Shown piece after piece: positions 55,613 through 64,000 of a stretch of DNA of 64,000 nucleotides; position 1 is the stretch's first letter, and each line of letters starts with the position of its first letter. The position numbers were made by a program, and so were the translations under genes. Source of the stretch: an uncultured Candidatus Actinomarina sp. (GTDB taxonomy: Bacteria > Actinomycetota > Acidimicrobiia > Actinomarinales > Actinomarinaceae); NCBI GenBank assembly GCA_902593795.1, contig CACJJR010000004.1, positions 47,086 to 111,085 on the forward strand, written 5' to 3'. A model generated the notes under the pieces. It did no database searches, was not told the origin of the DNA, and saw nothing but the letters and a program-made list of their open reading frames with translations.

Positions 55613-56496
55613 AAGTGCGCTGCACCTCTAACTCCACTACTAGATCCATGTTTAGCTTTTATAATTGGGGTTAAAAATATATCTGATGCTAAATAAGGAA
55701 TAATTTTTTCAGGTAAGATATCATATATTTCATTAATTTCTGACATTCCTCCACCACATACAATAACATCTGGATCTAAAATATTGACAAATGAACTAAA
55801 AGCCCTTGCAGTTCGCTCAAAATATGTATCCATAATTTCCAAAGCTATATTATTTTCATTTCTATATAATTCAACAATATCTCTTGAAGACTTTTTATTA
55901 TTAGTCTTAAATTCGTACCAATTTTCTAATCCCGGCCCCGATAAAAAAACTTCAATTGCACCAACTCTTCCACAATGTCTTTTTACCGATTTTTCATATT
56001 CGTCCATTGGGCCTGGTATTGGATTTTGACCCCACTCACCTGTTAATTTATTTGGACCAGATATAAGTTTTTTTTCAACAACATACCCAGCACCAACACC
56101 TGTACCTAAAATTACCGCAAAAACTGAGTTGTAATCTTTTCCTGCTCCGTCTACTGCTTCTGAAAGTGCTAAACAATCTGCATCATTTGCAATCTTTACT
56201 TCAAACCCTAGTTTTGCTTCTATGTCATTTTTGACATCTTGCCCTTCTAGTGCTTTTGTATTGGAAACTTGAACAAGTCCTGTTTTTGGATGTAGAGAGC
56301 CTGGCATGCCTATACCCACAGTAATATTTTTTTCTTTTCCTGCAGTTTCTAATATGAGGTTGTGAACAGTATCAATTATTTTTTGATAATTATCTTTTGG
56401 TGAGTCAACTCTATTCCTTACTATTTCTTCATTAGTTAAAGGATCTAAGGCTATAGCCTCTAGTTTTGTTCCTCCCCAATCAAGACCTATTTTCAT
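55606..56496 (-). CDS. ROK-family sugar kinase (NagK/glucokinase-like; no HTH domain)
   Basis: 296 aa with the N-terminal MKIGLDWGGTK ATP-binding motif and GTGVGAGYV. Confidence 0.8.
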   Translation of the reverse strand: MKIGLDWGGTKLEAIALDPLTNEEIVRNRVDSPKDNYQKIIDTVHNLILETAGKEKNITVGIGMPGSLHPKTGLVQVSNTKALEGQDVKNDIEAKLGFEVKIANDADCLALSEAVDGAGKDYNSVFAVILGTGVGAGYVVEKKLISGPNKLTGEWGQNPIPGPMDEYEKSVKRHCGRVGAIEVFLSGPGLENWYEFKTNNKKSSRDIVELYRNENNIALEIMDTYFERTARAFSSFVNILDPDVIVCGGGMSEINEIYDILPEKIIPYLASDIFLTPIIKAKHGSSSGVRGAAHLW

Positions 56497-56497
56497 A

Positions 56498-57079
56498 TTA
56501 TTTACTCAATTCAAAATTAATACTATACCTCTCAATATTACTTGTGAAGATTAATTCTATTTCATTGTTTGTATCTAGTTTCCAAACTTCTGGAGCGTCG
56601 GGATATAATCCTCCATAATCTGTGGCTACTCCAACAAGATAGCTTATTCCATTTTTCAAATTTATATCTAAAAATCTTGCATAAAAGTAGTAATTGTTGC
56701 ACCTATCATCAGACTCTTGAGATAATTTTCCATTAATAGAAGCTTTGAAACTACTATTTTCATCTAAGACTACTGTAAACTCTCCCGGTCCATAACCGTC
56801 CCAGATTGGTCCTATGCAAACACCATTGAAATCGCTTTCATAATCATCTCTAAATTTCATATCAAAAACTATTTTATAGGAATCAATTAGATTCAATTCT
56901 TTTGGAAAGGCCTGAATTTCAATTTTGTGATTATTCGAATTATCTTCATGAATATTAAAATTAAGTCTTAAGTCAATATTCTCTGATAAGTTATTAGATT
57001 CAACAGAGTATTGATACGTCGATGTACTGGTGCACGTTATTAAAAGAAAAGATATTAATAAATATCTTAAAAGGCTCAA
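56498..57079 (-). CDS. Putative lipoprotein of unknown function
   Basis: 193 aa with a lipobox-like LLITCTS. The TTG start overlaps the permease stop (TTGA). Confidence 0.45.
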   Translation of the reverse strand: MSLLRYLLISFLLITCTSTSTYQYSVESNNLSENIDLRLNFNIHEDNSNNHKIEIQAFPKELNLIDSYKIVFDMKFRDDYESDFNGVCIGPIWDGYGPGEFTVVLDENSSFKASINGKLSQESDDRCNNYYFYARFLDINLKNGISYLVGVATDYGGLYPDAPEVWKLDTNNEIELIFTSNIERYSINFELSK

Positions 57080-57978
57080 CCCTTAACAGCTCCTCCAATT
57101 AGCCCTCGGATAAAATATCGTTGAAGGCTAAAAAATACAGTTAAAGGAACAATCATTGAAATTATCGCTCCAGATGTTCTTAAATGCCATGCTTCACCGT
57201 AGGCGCCGACAGCTAATTGTGATACATGGGATGTAATTACTAAATTCTCTGGCTTGTAAACCCCCAGAAATACATTTGCAACAAGAAAGTCATTATATAC
57301 CCACAGAAACTGGAAAGTTGCAAAAGCCGCAATACCAGCAACTGACAGAGGCAAGACTAATTTAAAAAAAGTTGTCATATGACTTGCACCGTCAATCTTT
57401 GCAGATTCAATCACACTTTTAGGAAGGCCCATCATAAAGTCTCTTAAAAGAAAGGTAGCCAAAGGTAGACCAAACCCTGAATGAGCAAACCACGTTGCAA
57501 CAAATGTACCATTAATATCTAAAGCTGGAATGATAGGTATACCAAATACTTCAATTCCACTTTTAAATAATTGCACTAAAGGAATTAGAGACATCTGCAA
57601 AGGAATTATCATTGAAGCAACAACAAATAAAAATAGTACTTCTTTTCCTCTGAATTCCATAAATGCGAAAGCATAAGCAGCAAAGGCAGCAATAGTAATT
57701 GGAATAATTGTAGAAGGTATAGTTACTGCAAAAGAATTGTAAAAAGATCTATCTAAATTGTCTGCAAAAAATATCTCTGAATAGTTAGATAAGGTAAGTT
57801 CAGTCCATAATTTTCCAGTATAAATAGAATCCCACCACGATTCTCTTTTTATTGCTTCTCCCGGTCTAAAAGAACTCAAGACAAAACCAAAAACAGGAAA
57901 CACCCAAGTGACAGCTATAGTAATTAATATTAATTTTGTAATAGGCTTGTCGTACCATTTCTGATTATTTCTATTCAT
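57076..57978 (-). CDS. Carbohydrate ABC transporter permease (MalG-like)
   Basis: 300 aa with an EAA-type loop IESAKIDGASHMTTFFKLVLP. Confidence 0.85.
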   Translation of the reverse strand: MNRNNQKWYDKPITKLILITIAVTWVFPVFGFVLSSFRPGEAIKRESWWDSIYTGKLWTELTLSNYSEIFFADNLDRSFYNSFAVTIPSTIIPITIAAFAAYAFAFMEFRGKEVLFLFVVASMIIPLQMSLIPLVQLFKSGIEVFGIPIIPALDINGTFVATWFAHSGFGLPLATFLLRDFMMGLPKSVIESAKIDGASHMTTFFKLVLPLSVAGIAAFATFQFLWVYNDFLVANVFLGVYKPENLVITSHVSQLAVGAYGEAWHLRTSGAIISMIVPLTVFFSLQRYFIRGLIGGAVKG

Positions 57979-59234
57979 GATTGAGTATTTTCTCTTTCCC
58001 TAATAGCTGTACCAACAATAATTGGAAGTACACAAACAAATATAAGAACTGCCACTGTTGCTGATCTTCCAAAATTTCTATATTTTGAAAACTCATCAAG
58101 CATTTTTACAGCTAACAAATTTGTCTCTAGATCTCCTCTAGTAGAAACATAAATTATATCAAAAGCTTTCAAAACAGTAACAACCATATAAGTACCAACG
58201 ACAATTATTGTGCTCTTAATATATGGAATAACTATTGATCTAAAAACCCTTAGTTCAGATGCACCATCTATTTGTCCAGCTTCCATAATTTCTGCCGGTA
58301 TAGCTTTTATTCCAGCAGAAAAAACTACTGCTGCAAATCCCGTGAACATCCAAATCATAATGACCATTAGCAACATTGTATTGATAGGAAGATTAAGTAA
58401 AATACCACTAAGAAAACCCTCTGGATTTAAATTTTCTGTAAAAGGTAAGTTGGTCAAATCTCGCTGTTGAAGCCAGCCAATTGGGTTTAGACAGTCTTCA
58501 TTTTTAAAATCTTTTAATTCTCCATTAATAACTCTATTGTTCATACATTTTTCACCAGGTTCTACTCCAGGTAAAGCTTGTCCTCTATCAACAGATACTC
58601 GGATGCCATTTATTATTCCAATTTGTGTTAAGGGTGGCGGTCTATATTCATAAATAAATTTAAAAATTGCGCTAGCACCAACAGCTGATATTGCCATAGG
58701 CATAAAAACTATTGATTTAAAAAAAGCTTCACCTTTATTTAGTCTGTCTGAAAGCCACGCAACTACTAGTCCAATAACCAGAACAAAAAAGACAACAAAT
58801 ATTAACCAGATAATCTGATTTCTTATAGTAACCAACATTTCAGGATCTGAAAATGCCCATTTGTAATTTTCGAAACCAATGAAATCATTACTGTACCTGT
58901 CTTTAAAGCTAATATATAAAGTTCTAATGGCAGGGTAAAAAAGAAAAAGAGAAATCATAAAAAGTGAGGGACCAGCAAACATACGAGCTTCCAATGATTC
59001 TCTGTTATCTATCGGAGACAATTGAATTATCTTATCCATACCGTAAAAAAGTAAGAAAACGAAACTTGAACCAACAATCAGAGCAACAACAACAAGTAAG
59101 TTTCTTGAAATAATTTCAGTTAATTCTCTAAATAAAATAGCTTGAGATAGAAACCAAACTAAAGGAAAAAATCCTAAAGCTAACATTGAAATACCTATCG
59201 ACTTTAACTTTTCTTGTTGCGTTTGTTGCTTCAT
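57975..59234 (-). CDS. Carbohydrate ABC transporter permease (MalF-like) with an enlarged extracytoplasmic loop
   Basis: 419 aa with an EAA-type loop MEAGQIDGASELRVFRSIVIP and a ~90-aa hydrophilic loop containing two Cys. Confidence 0.85.
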   Translation of the reverse strand: MKQQTQQEKLKSIGISMLALGFFPLVWFLSQAILFRELTEIISRNLLVVVALIVGSSFVFLLFYGMDKIIQLSPIDNRESLEARMFAGPSLFMISLFLFYPAIRTLYISFKDRYSNDFIGFENYKWAFSDPEMLVTIRNQIIWLIFVVFFVLVIGLVVAWLSDRLNKGEAFFKSIVFMPMAISAVGASAIFKFIYEYRPPPLTQIGIINGIRVSVDRGQALPGVEPGEKCMNNRVINGELKDFKNEDCLNPIGWLQQRDLTNLPFTENLNPEGFLSGILLNLPINTMLLMVIMIWMFTGFAAVVFSAGIKAIPAEIMEAGQIDGASELRVFRSIVIPYIKSTIIVVGTYMVVTVLKAFDIIYVSTRGDLETNLLAVKMLDEFSKYRNFGRSATVAVLIFVCVLPIIVGTAIRERENTQS

Positions 59235-59258
59235 ATCAATTGTTTAATTTTAGTCTAT

Positions 59259-59288
59259 AAAAGATAGCCACCCAAATGGGTGGCTATC
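59259..59288 (-). terminator. Intra-operon terminator/attenuator hairpin after the sugar-binding protein gene
   Basis: 11-bp perfect stem GATAGCCACCC (59263-59273) / GGGTGGCTATC (59278-59288) with loop AAAT. On the - strand it is followed by TTTT. Confidence 0.7.
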
Positions 59289-59310
59289 AATTTAATTTAA
59301 TTTATCCGGT

Positions 59311-60609
59311 TTACGGCCAAGAACTTTCGACAGTGTCTAATGCAGTGTCAATGTATCCAGGACCTTCAACAGCTAAGTTCATCATTTCTTTCCAGAATGA
59401 ACCAGCTCCAACTTCTGGTGGCATTAAGTCAGACGCATCAAATCTAAATGAGTTTGCGCTTAATGCTGCAGCAATTGTGTCTCCGAGAATTTTGTTTATT
59501 GGAGATGCATACAATGATGTATCAAAACCAGTATGGGCACTTAATCTTGCGTTTCCATCTCTGATTGCTACATTATTGTAGAACTCAGCACTCAACATAA
59601 ATTCAGCAACAGCTTTTGTTGCTTCTCTATCGTTAAATGCTCCCCACATGTCACCGCCACCTAAAGCAGCAGCTGGTAATGATGGGTCAATTGAAGGGAA
59701 TGGGAACACAGTTGTTATTGAACCTGCTCCAGCTTGTTCTCCTTCAGGCCAGAATCCTGTAATAAAAGATGCTTGTCTATGCATAAAACAACCTGGGTTG
59801 CCGTCAGCATCTTTTGAGAACATAGGATCTTGTGCATTACCAAAGTATGTTGAAACGATAGCATCAGTGCCACCTACAACATAGTTTTCTGTATGCATGA
59901 TCTGGCTCAAAAGTGTTGCCGCATTTTTTACCATTGGATCGTTGAATGGAATATCGTGGCTTACCCACTGATCGTATGAATCAACACCGTTTCCGGTTCT
60001 GAGCATAATATCTTCCATCCAGTCAGTTGCAAGCCAACCTGATGCACCATTTGAGTACATACCAAAACAGAATGGATTCATTCCGTCTGCAACAATTTGA
60101 TCTGCAAGTCCGATCATTTCATCCCATGTAGATGGGACAGAATATCCTCTTGCTTCAAATTCTGCTGGTTGGTACCAAACGATACTCTTCAAGTTTGCTG
60201 CATTAGCACCACCATAGATGACACCATCAACAACACCGAGTCCTACAAGGTAGGATGAGAAGTCATTTTGGTATTGATCAAGATCTATACCAAGATCCTC
60301 AAGAGGTGTTAAGTATCCTCTAGTAGCAGCATCGACTACAGCTCCTGGCTGTGGCCATAATGCGAAGTCTGGTGTATCACCAGATTCCATTTGAATTTGT
60401 ATTTCTTGCTCAAAGTTATCAGACCCCTGATAGGAAACGATAATTCCAGTTTCCTCAGAAAAGTCCTCAAAAGCAGCTCTAAATCCATCTTGGTCTGAAC
60501 CAATTAGAGCACCTGTGATTGTGACTTCTTCGCCTTCAAGGCTTCCACCACCACATGCTCCTAGAATAAGAGTTAAGAGTAAGAAACTAACCAATAATGG
60601 TTTTTTCAT
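59311..60609 (-). CDS. CUT1-family sugar ABC substrate-binding lipoprotein
   Basis: 432 aa with a lipobox ILGACGGG and an AAGGAAAG Shine-Dalgarno. GC is elevated (line 60181-60240 is 27/60 GC). Confidence 0.85.
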   Translation of the reverse strand: MKKPLLVSFLLLTLILGACGGGSLEGEEVTITGALIGSDQDGFRAAFEDFSEETGIIVSYQGSDNFEQEIQIQMESGDTPDFALWPQPGAVVDAATRGYLTPLEDLGIDLDQYQNDFSSYLVGLGVVDGVIYGGANAANLKSIVWYQPAEFEARGYSVPSTWDEMIGLADQIVADGMNPFCFGMYSNGASGWLATDWMEDIMLRTGNGVDSYDQWVSHDIPFNDPMVKNAATLLSQIMHTENYVVGGTDAIVSTYFGNAQDPMFSKDADGNPGCFMHRQASFITGFWPEGEQAGAGSITTVFPFPSIDPSLPAAALGGGDMWGAFNDREATKAVAEFMLSAEFYNNVAIRDGNARLSAHTGFDTSLYASPINKILGDTIAAALSANSFRFDASDLMPPEVGAGSFWKEMMNLAVEGPGYIDTALDTVESSWP

Positions 60610-60626
60610 ATTTCTTTCCTTTATGT

Positions 60627-60659
60627 ATACGTACGTATGCTAAGAATAAGGATTCTTAG
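60627..60659. promoter_or_regulatory. Two adjacent palindromes in the 5' leader/operator region of the sugar ABC operon
   Basis: ATACGTACGTAT (60627-60638) is a perfect 12-bp palindrome. CTAAGAAT-aagg-ATTCTTAG (60640-60659) is an 8-bp inverted repeat. Both lie 18-50 nt upstream of the start at 60609. Confidence 0.4.
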
Positions 60660-60783
60660 CTAATTTCATTTTATGATATTGTCCAAAAAGTTGATTAGAG
60701 TTTTTATATTTTTTTTCAAAATTAGTTGAAAATAATTTCAATTTTGTTAGCAATATTTAATTAATTATAAATTTTTTTATGCG

Positions 60784-60867
60784 TGCCCGGGGGGGGACTC
60801 GAACCCCCACATCCTTTCGAATAACGGATTTTAAGTCCGTCGCGTCTACCAATTCCGCCACCCGGGC
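60784..60867 (-). tRNA. tRNA-Leu (anticodon UAA), type II with a long variable arm; CCA not encoded
   Basis: The reverse complement folds as a cloverleaf. Acceptor stem is GCCCGGG/CCCGGGC, anticodon stem ACGGA/TCCGT with loop CTTAAAA. The variable arm is 15 nt, and the T arm is GGGGG-TTCGAGT-CCCCC with discriminator A. Length 84 nt. Confidence 0.9.
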
Positions 60868-60878
60868 TAATCTTTAAT

Positions 60879-61778
60879 CTAATATTTTTTTAATATTAGA
60901 CCTTCTAAAATATCACTATTTGAAACTTTAATTGAATTTACATTATATTTAAACATAATTTGATTTGCTAATAGTATTCCTGCCTGAATTGTTTTTGCTC
61001 GCTTAGGATCAATACCTTTAAAATTAGTAATTATTTGAGGTTCACTCATTTTAATAATTGAATGATTTATTTGACTAACATCATCCTTTTTCATCTCTGT
61101 TTGGTGTATTTCATCTTCATTAAATCGGCTCTGTTTTAAATATATTGAAGCAAGTGATGTAAATGTTCCAGCAACTCCTATAAGTAATCTTTCGTTAAAT
61201 TCTTTTGATTCCAATAATGTTTTATTAATGAAATCTACAGCTGAATCGATATTTTTCTTAGTAGGTATTTGTTCCTTAAAAAACAATTCACTCAAGCTGA
61301 CAACACCAATGTCCAAAGACTTTGATATAATTTTATTATTTTTATCAAATATAAACTCGGTACTTCTACCACCAATGTCTACTATTAGGAAGTTTTGTAT
61401 ATTTTCGATTGAATTTAAAACTCCTAAACTTGTTAATACTCCCTCTTCTTCTCCAGATACAATATCAACCGTTACATCATATTTTTTTTGAATTTGTTCG
61501 ATTACATTCTCTGAATTACTCGCATCTCTTAAGGCCGCTGTTCCCACAATTTGAATATTTTCAACTTTGTGAATGTTAATTGTTTTAAAGAATCGACCTA
61601 GAACTTTCAAAACCCTTTTAATAGACTCCTTTGAGATATTGTTAGATTCTGTGAGATTGTCTCCCATCCTTGTTACATGATGTTCTTTATAAATTTTAGA
61701 TATCGTTCCATCTTTGATGTCTGCTATGAGTAGTCTTGTAGAATTTGATCCAAGATCAATTGATGCTACTTTTACCAA
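60879..61778 (-). CDS. ppx: Ppx/GppA-family phosphatase (exopolyphosphatase-like)
   Basis: 299 aa with N-terminal ASIDLGSNSTRLLIADI and DIGGRSTE motifs. Confidence 0.85.
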   Translation of the reverse strand: MVKVASIDLGSNSTRLLIADIKDGTISKIYKEHHVTRMGDNLTESNNISKESIKRVLKVLGRFFKTINIHKVENIQIVGTAALRDASNSENVIEQIQKKYDVTVDIVSGEEEGVLTSLGVLNSIENIQNFLIVDIGGRSTEFIFDKNNKIISKSLDIGVVSLSELFFKEQIPTKKNIDSAVDFINKTLLESKEFNERLLIGVAGTFTSLASIYLKQSRFNEDEIHQTEMKKDDVSQINHSIIKMSEPQIITNFKGIDPKRAKTIQAGILLANQIMFKYNVNSIKVSNSDILEGLILKKY

Positions 61779-62290
61779 ACTATTTTCCAGTCTTTGTTTT
61801 TCTCAAGCGTTTTTAAATCTATGCACGCCTCTTCACAATTAAAACCCCCAATTGATTCAATAACAATTTTTCCAATTATGTTCTTTCCAGTCGATAATTC
61901 GTCAGCAGTGTGGGAATGAAGGCACTTAATTGACTCTTTTGCTCCTCCAACGCCTCCAGTAGCTTTGGGGCCCAAGTCTTCTGTTTCTAAATTTTCTCTA
62001 TCCTGTCTGTATGACTTTTGTCTAGATTCCCATTGTTTTTTTAATTCTGGATTATTAAGTATTTCTTTATCAAGTTCCTTGATTAATCCATGTGACTCTA
62101 ATGAGCCAATTTTTTTATTGTACATTGGACAAGTCAACCAGTAAGTTGTTGGAAATGGTGTTCCATCATCTAATTTTGGTGGAACTTTAATCACAGCTGG
62201 AATATTAAAGTGACATCTACAGCTTATTTCTGAATCACTCCTGAGCTTTCTACCTATTTGTTGCTCAACAATCTTTAATTCGTTATTCAC
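61772..62290 (-). CDS. DUF501-like conserved protein
   Basis: 172 aa. Its position between ftsB/divIC-like and ppx genes matches the conserved actinobacterial eno-ftsB-DUF501-ppx block. Cys-rich (RCHF.., TCPMY, KCLHSH). Confidence 0.65.
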   Translation of the reverse strand: MNNELKIVEQQIGRKLRSDSEISCRCHFNIPAVIKVPPKLDDGTPFPTTYWLTCPMYNKKIGSLESHGLIKELDKEILNNPELKKQWESRQKSYRQDRENLETEDLGPKATGGVGGAKESIKCLHSHTADELSTGKNIIGKIVIESIGGFNCEEACIDLKTLEKNKDWKIVW

Positions 62291-62675
62291 CTTCTCTACC
62301 GACTACGTAGTCAATAACAAATTCTAATAAACTTTTGTTTCTCTGAGATTTTAATGTTTCTTCTATTGGAGTTACTGGTTCTGGTACTTCAAATCTGTAC
62401 AGGACTTCACCAGGTTCTCCATACCCTCTTTTCCTGAGGATTAGTTCAGCTTTTTCAGGATCATCTAGGTCTGCAATTTGATTATTCCATTCATCAATTT
62501 GGTTTTGGATTAATACAACCTCTTCTTGTTTGTCTTGGAGTGAGCTCTGTAAAACTTTATAACTGCCATAACTTTCTTGATAAGTATCGAACAGAAAAAA
62601 GAGGAAAGATGAAATTAATAGAAAAGTTAATAATCTAGAAAATACACTGCTACCAAGAGTTTTTAAGTTTGCCAT
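62283..62675 (-). CDS. Septum formation initiator (FtsB/DivIC family)
   Basis: 130 aa with an N-terminal TM helix followed by a coiled-coil segment ([25 protein letters not shown]). Synteny with eno supports the call. Confidence 0.7.
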   Translation of the reverse strand: MANLKTLGSSVFSRLLTFLLISSFLFFLFDTYQESYGSYKVLQSSLQDKQEEVVLIQNQIDEWNNQIADLDDPEKAELILRKRGYGEPGEVLYRFEVPEPVTPIEETLKSQRNKSLLEFVIDYVVGREGE

Positions 62676-63931
62676 TTTTTATTTTCAAAGTTTTCAAATC
62701 CAATTGTTTCAGCGATTCTTAATAGCTCATTATATTTTGCTGTTCTTTCGGATCGAGCTGGTGCACCAGTCTTAATTTGTCCACTAGAAGTTCCTACAAC
62801 TAAATGGCTAATAAATGAATCTTCTGTTTCACCAGATCTATGAGAAACCATACTTGAATAAGAATTATCATTTGCTAATTTCATAGTATCTAGTGTTTCT
62901 GTGATAGTTCCTACTTGATTGACTTTTATAAGAATCGCATTACCACATTTTTCATCAATACCCTTTTGAAGTATTTTTTCTTGTGTAACAAACAAATCAT
63001 CTCCAACAAGTTGTATTGAATTATTAATTTCAGAAGTTAGGTATTTCCAGCCATCCCAATCATCTTCTGCAAGGCCATCTTCAATAGAAACAATAGGATA
63101 GGAACTAGTTAAATCTACAAGATAATCAGACATTTCAGTATTAGTTAGCTTATTTCCTTCTATTGTATAAATACCATCATTGTAAAACTCTGACGCTGCA
63201 GCATCTAATGCTAAAGATATTTGATCTTCTGGTTTATAACCTGCTTCAGCAATCGAAAGCATAATTTCATCCAATACATCTTTTGAAGATGAGAAGTTTG
63301 GAGCAAAACCACCTTCATCACCAACATTTGTTGCTAATCCTTTATCTTTTAATCTTTTCTTTAGTGTGTGATAAACCTCTACACCAGCTTTAAGACCTTC
63401 ATCAAATCTTGAAAATCCGTGAGGAACAATCATAAATTCTTGTATATCTACAGAGTTGTCAGCATGAGCACCTCCATTCAGGATATTCATGAATGGAACT
63501 GGTAAGGACGGCTGGCCGTATATATTTGGAATCAATTCATAGGGTTGCTTGTTAGAGGATTTAGCAAATGCAACCATATTTGCCATTGAAACTGCGAGTA
63601 TTGCATTGGCACCTAACTTACTTTTATTATGTGTTCCATCAAGATCAAGAAGTAATTTATCTACTTTAGCTTGGTCACCCGCATCAACGCCTTTTAATGC
63701 ATCGAGTATTAAAAAATTAACATTACTAACGGCTTGAGTCACACCTTTACCATCGAATTCCTTGGATTCATCTCGTAATTCATGTGCTTCCAAGGTTCCT
63801 GTAGATGCTCCAGAAGGAACTGCCGATCTACCCAAAGAACCGTCTTCAAGAGTGACTTCAACCTCAACTGTTGGATTGGCTCGAGAATCTAGAATATACC
63901 TAGCATATATATGTGTAATTTTTTTATTCAT
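62663..63931 (-). CDS. eno: Enolase
   Basis: 422 aa with [33 protein letters not shown] and [11 protein letters not shown] motifs. Confidence 0.95.
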   Translation of the reverse strand: MNKKITHIYARYILDSRANPTVEVEVTLEDGSLGRSAVPSGASTGTLEAHELRDESKEFDGKGVTQAVSNVNFLILDALKGVDAGDQAKVDKLLLDLDGTHNKSKLGANAILAVSMANMVAFAKSSNKQPYELIPNIYGQPSLPVPFMNILNGGAHADNSVDIQEFMIVPHGFSRFDEGLKAGVEVYHTLKKRLKDKGLATNVGDEGGFAPNFSSSKDVLDEIMLSIAEAGYKPEDQISLALDAAASEFYNDGIYTIEGNKLTNTEMSDYLVDLTSSYPIVSIEDGLAEDDWDGWKYLTSEINNSIQLVGDDLFVTQEKILQKGIDEKCGNAILIKVNQVGTITETLDTMKLANDNSYSSMVSHRSGETEDSFISHLVVGTSSGQIKTGAPARSERTAKYNELLRIAETIGFENFENKKWQT

Positions 63932-64000
63932 AACCCTGTTACTTAAAATCTAGCACAAAATGTTTAATTTGTTACTTTTCTTCAGTTTTCTTAGCCTCTT

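Noticed and set aside
59276-59884. Two + strand ORFs (59276-59581, 59648-59884) opposite the sugar-binding protein gene, and likewise 63549-63953 opposite enolase
   Set aside because: Same reasoning: these are antisense open frames inside GC-elevated, clearly assigned genes.
60610-60878. tRNA-Leu as an integration hotspot or genomic island border
   Set aside because: No integrase, phage or transposase genes flank it. I saw no direct repeat of the tRNA 3' half nearby, and both sides carry conserved core operons.
63972-64000. Possible 3' end of another - strand gene at the window edge (frame reading ..EAKKTEEK then stop at 63972-63974)
   Set aside because: Only 9 codons are visible, which is too short to call a feature or assign a function.
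1-64000. CRISPR arrays, insertion sequences, prophage or defence islands
   Set aside because: I saw no regularly spaced repeats, no transposase, integrase or recombinase-like ORFs, and no recognisable defence genes. The only DNA-modification gene is the orphan methyltransferase reported above.

Overview
Gene-dense, AT-rich bacterial chromosome segment. Spot counts of single 60-nt lines give about 25-30% GC in most genes. Many adjacent genes overlap by 4-34 nt. I infer a streamlined marine actinobacterium, from the eno-ftsB/divIC-DUF501-ppx synteny, F420 genes cofD/cofE, a suf operon with an embedded Rieske gene, a class A PBP with a PASTA tail, a mycobacterial-type class II fumarase and a proton-pumping rhodopsin. 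I did not run a taxonomic search. Most of the window is core metabolism and envelope biogenesis: a Gtr-like glycosylation module, prpC/prpD, PBP1A, pepA, a large SpoIID-domain exoprotein, tkt, a complete 2-oxoacid dehydrogenase plus lipoylation operon, two suf loci, a nucleoside-salvage cluster (gpt-like, BMP-type ABC importer, pyrR), rpiB, fumC, two ABC exporters, late menaquinone genes, a BdbC/TlpA-like disulfide pair, rhodopsin and class II photolyase, a CUT1-type sugar ABC operon and tRNA-Leu(UAA). I saw no CRISPR array, transposase, integrase or prophage. The points most worth follow-up are three gene fusions (split-barrel flavin/deazaflavin-like domain fused to MenA, LipB fused to LipA, E1 alpha fused to E1 beta) and an orphan SPPY-type DNA methyltransferase. 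Others are a 19-bp-spaced TGTAA-type direct repeat upstream of both rhodopsin and photolyase, a 20-bp inverted repeat over the pyrR 3' end, and three GC-elevated genes each followed by a GC-rich hairpin. I found no clear multi-gene system of new type. All calls rest on motif reading by eye.
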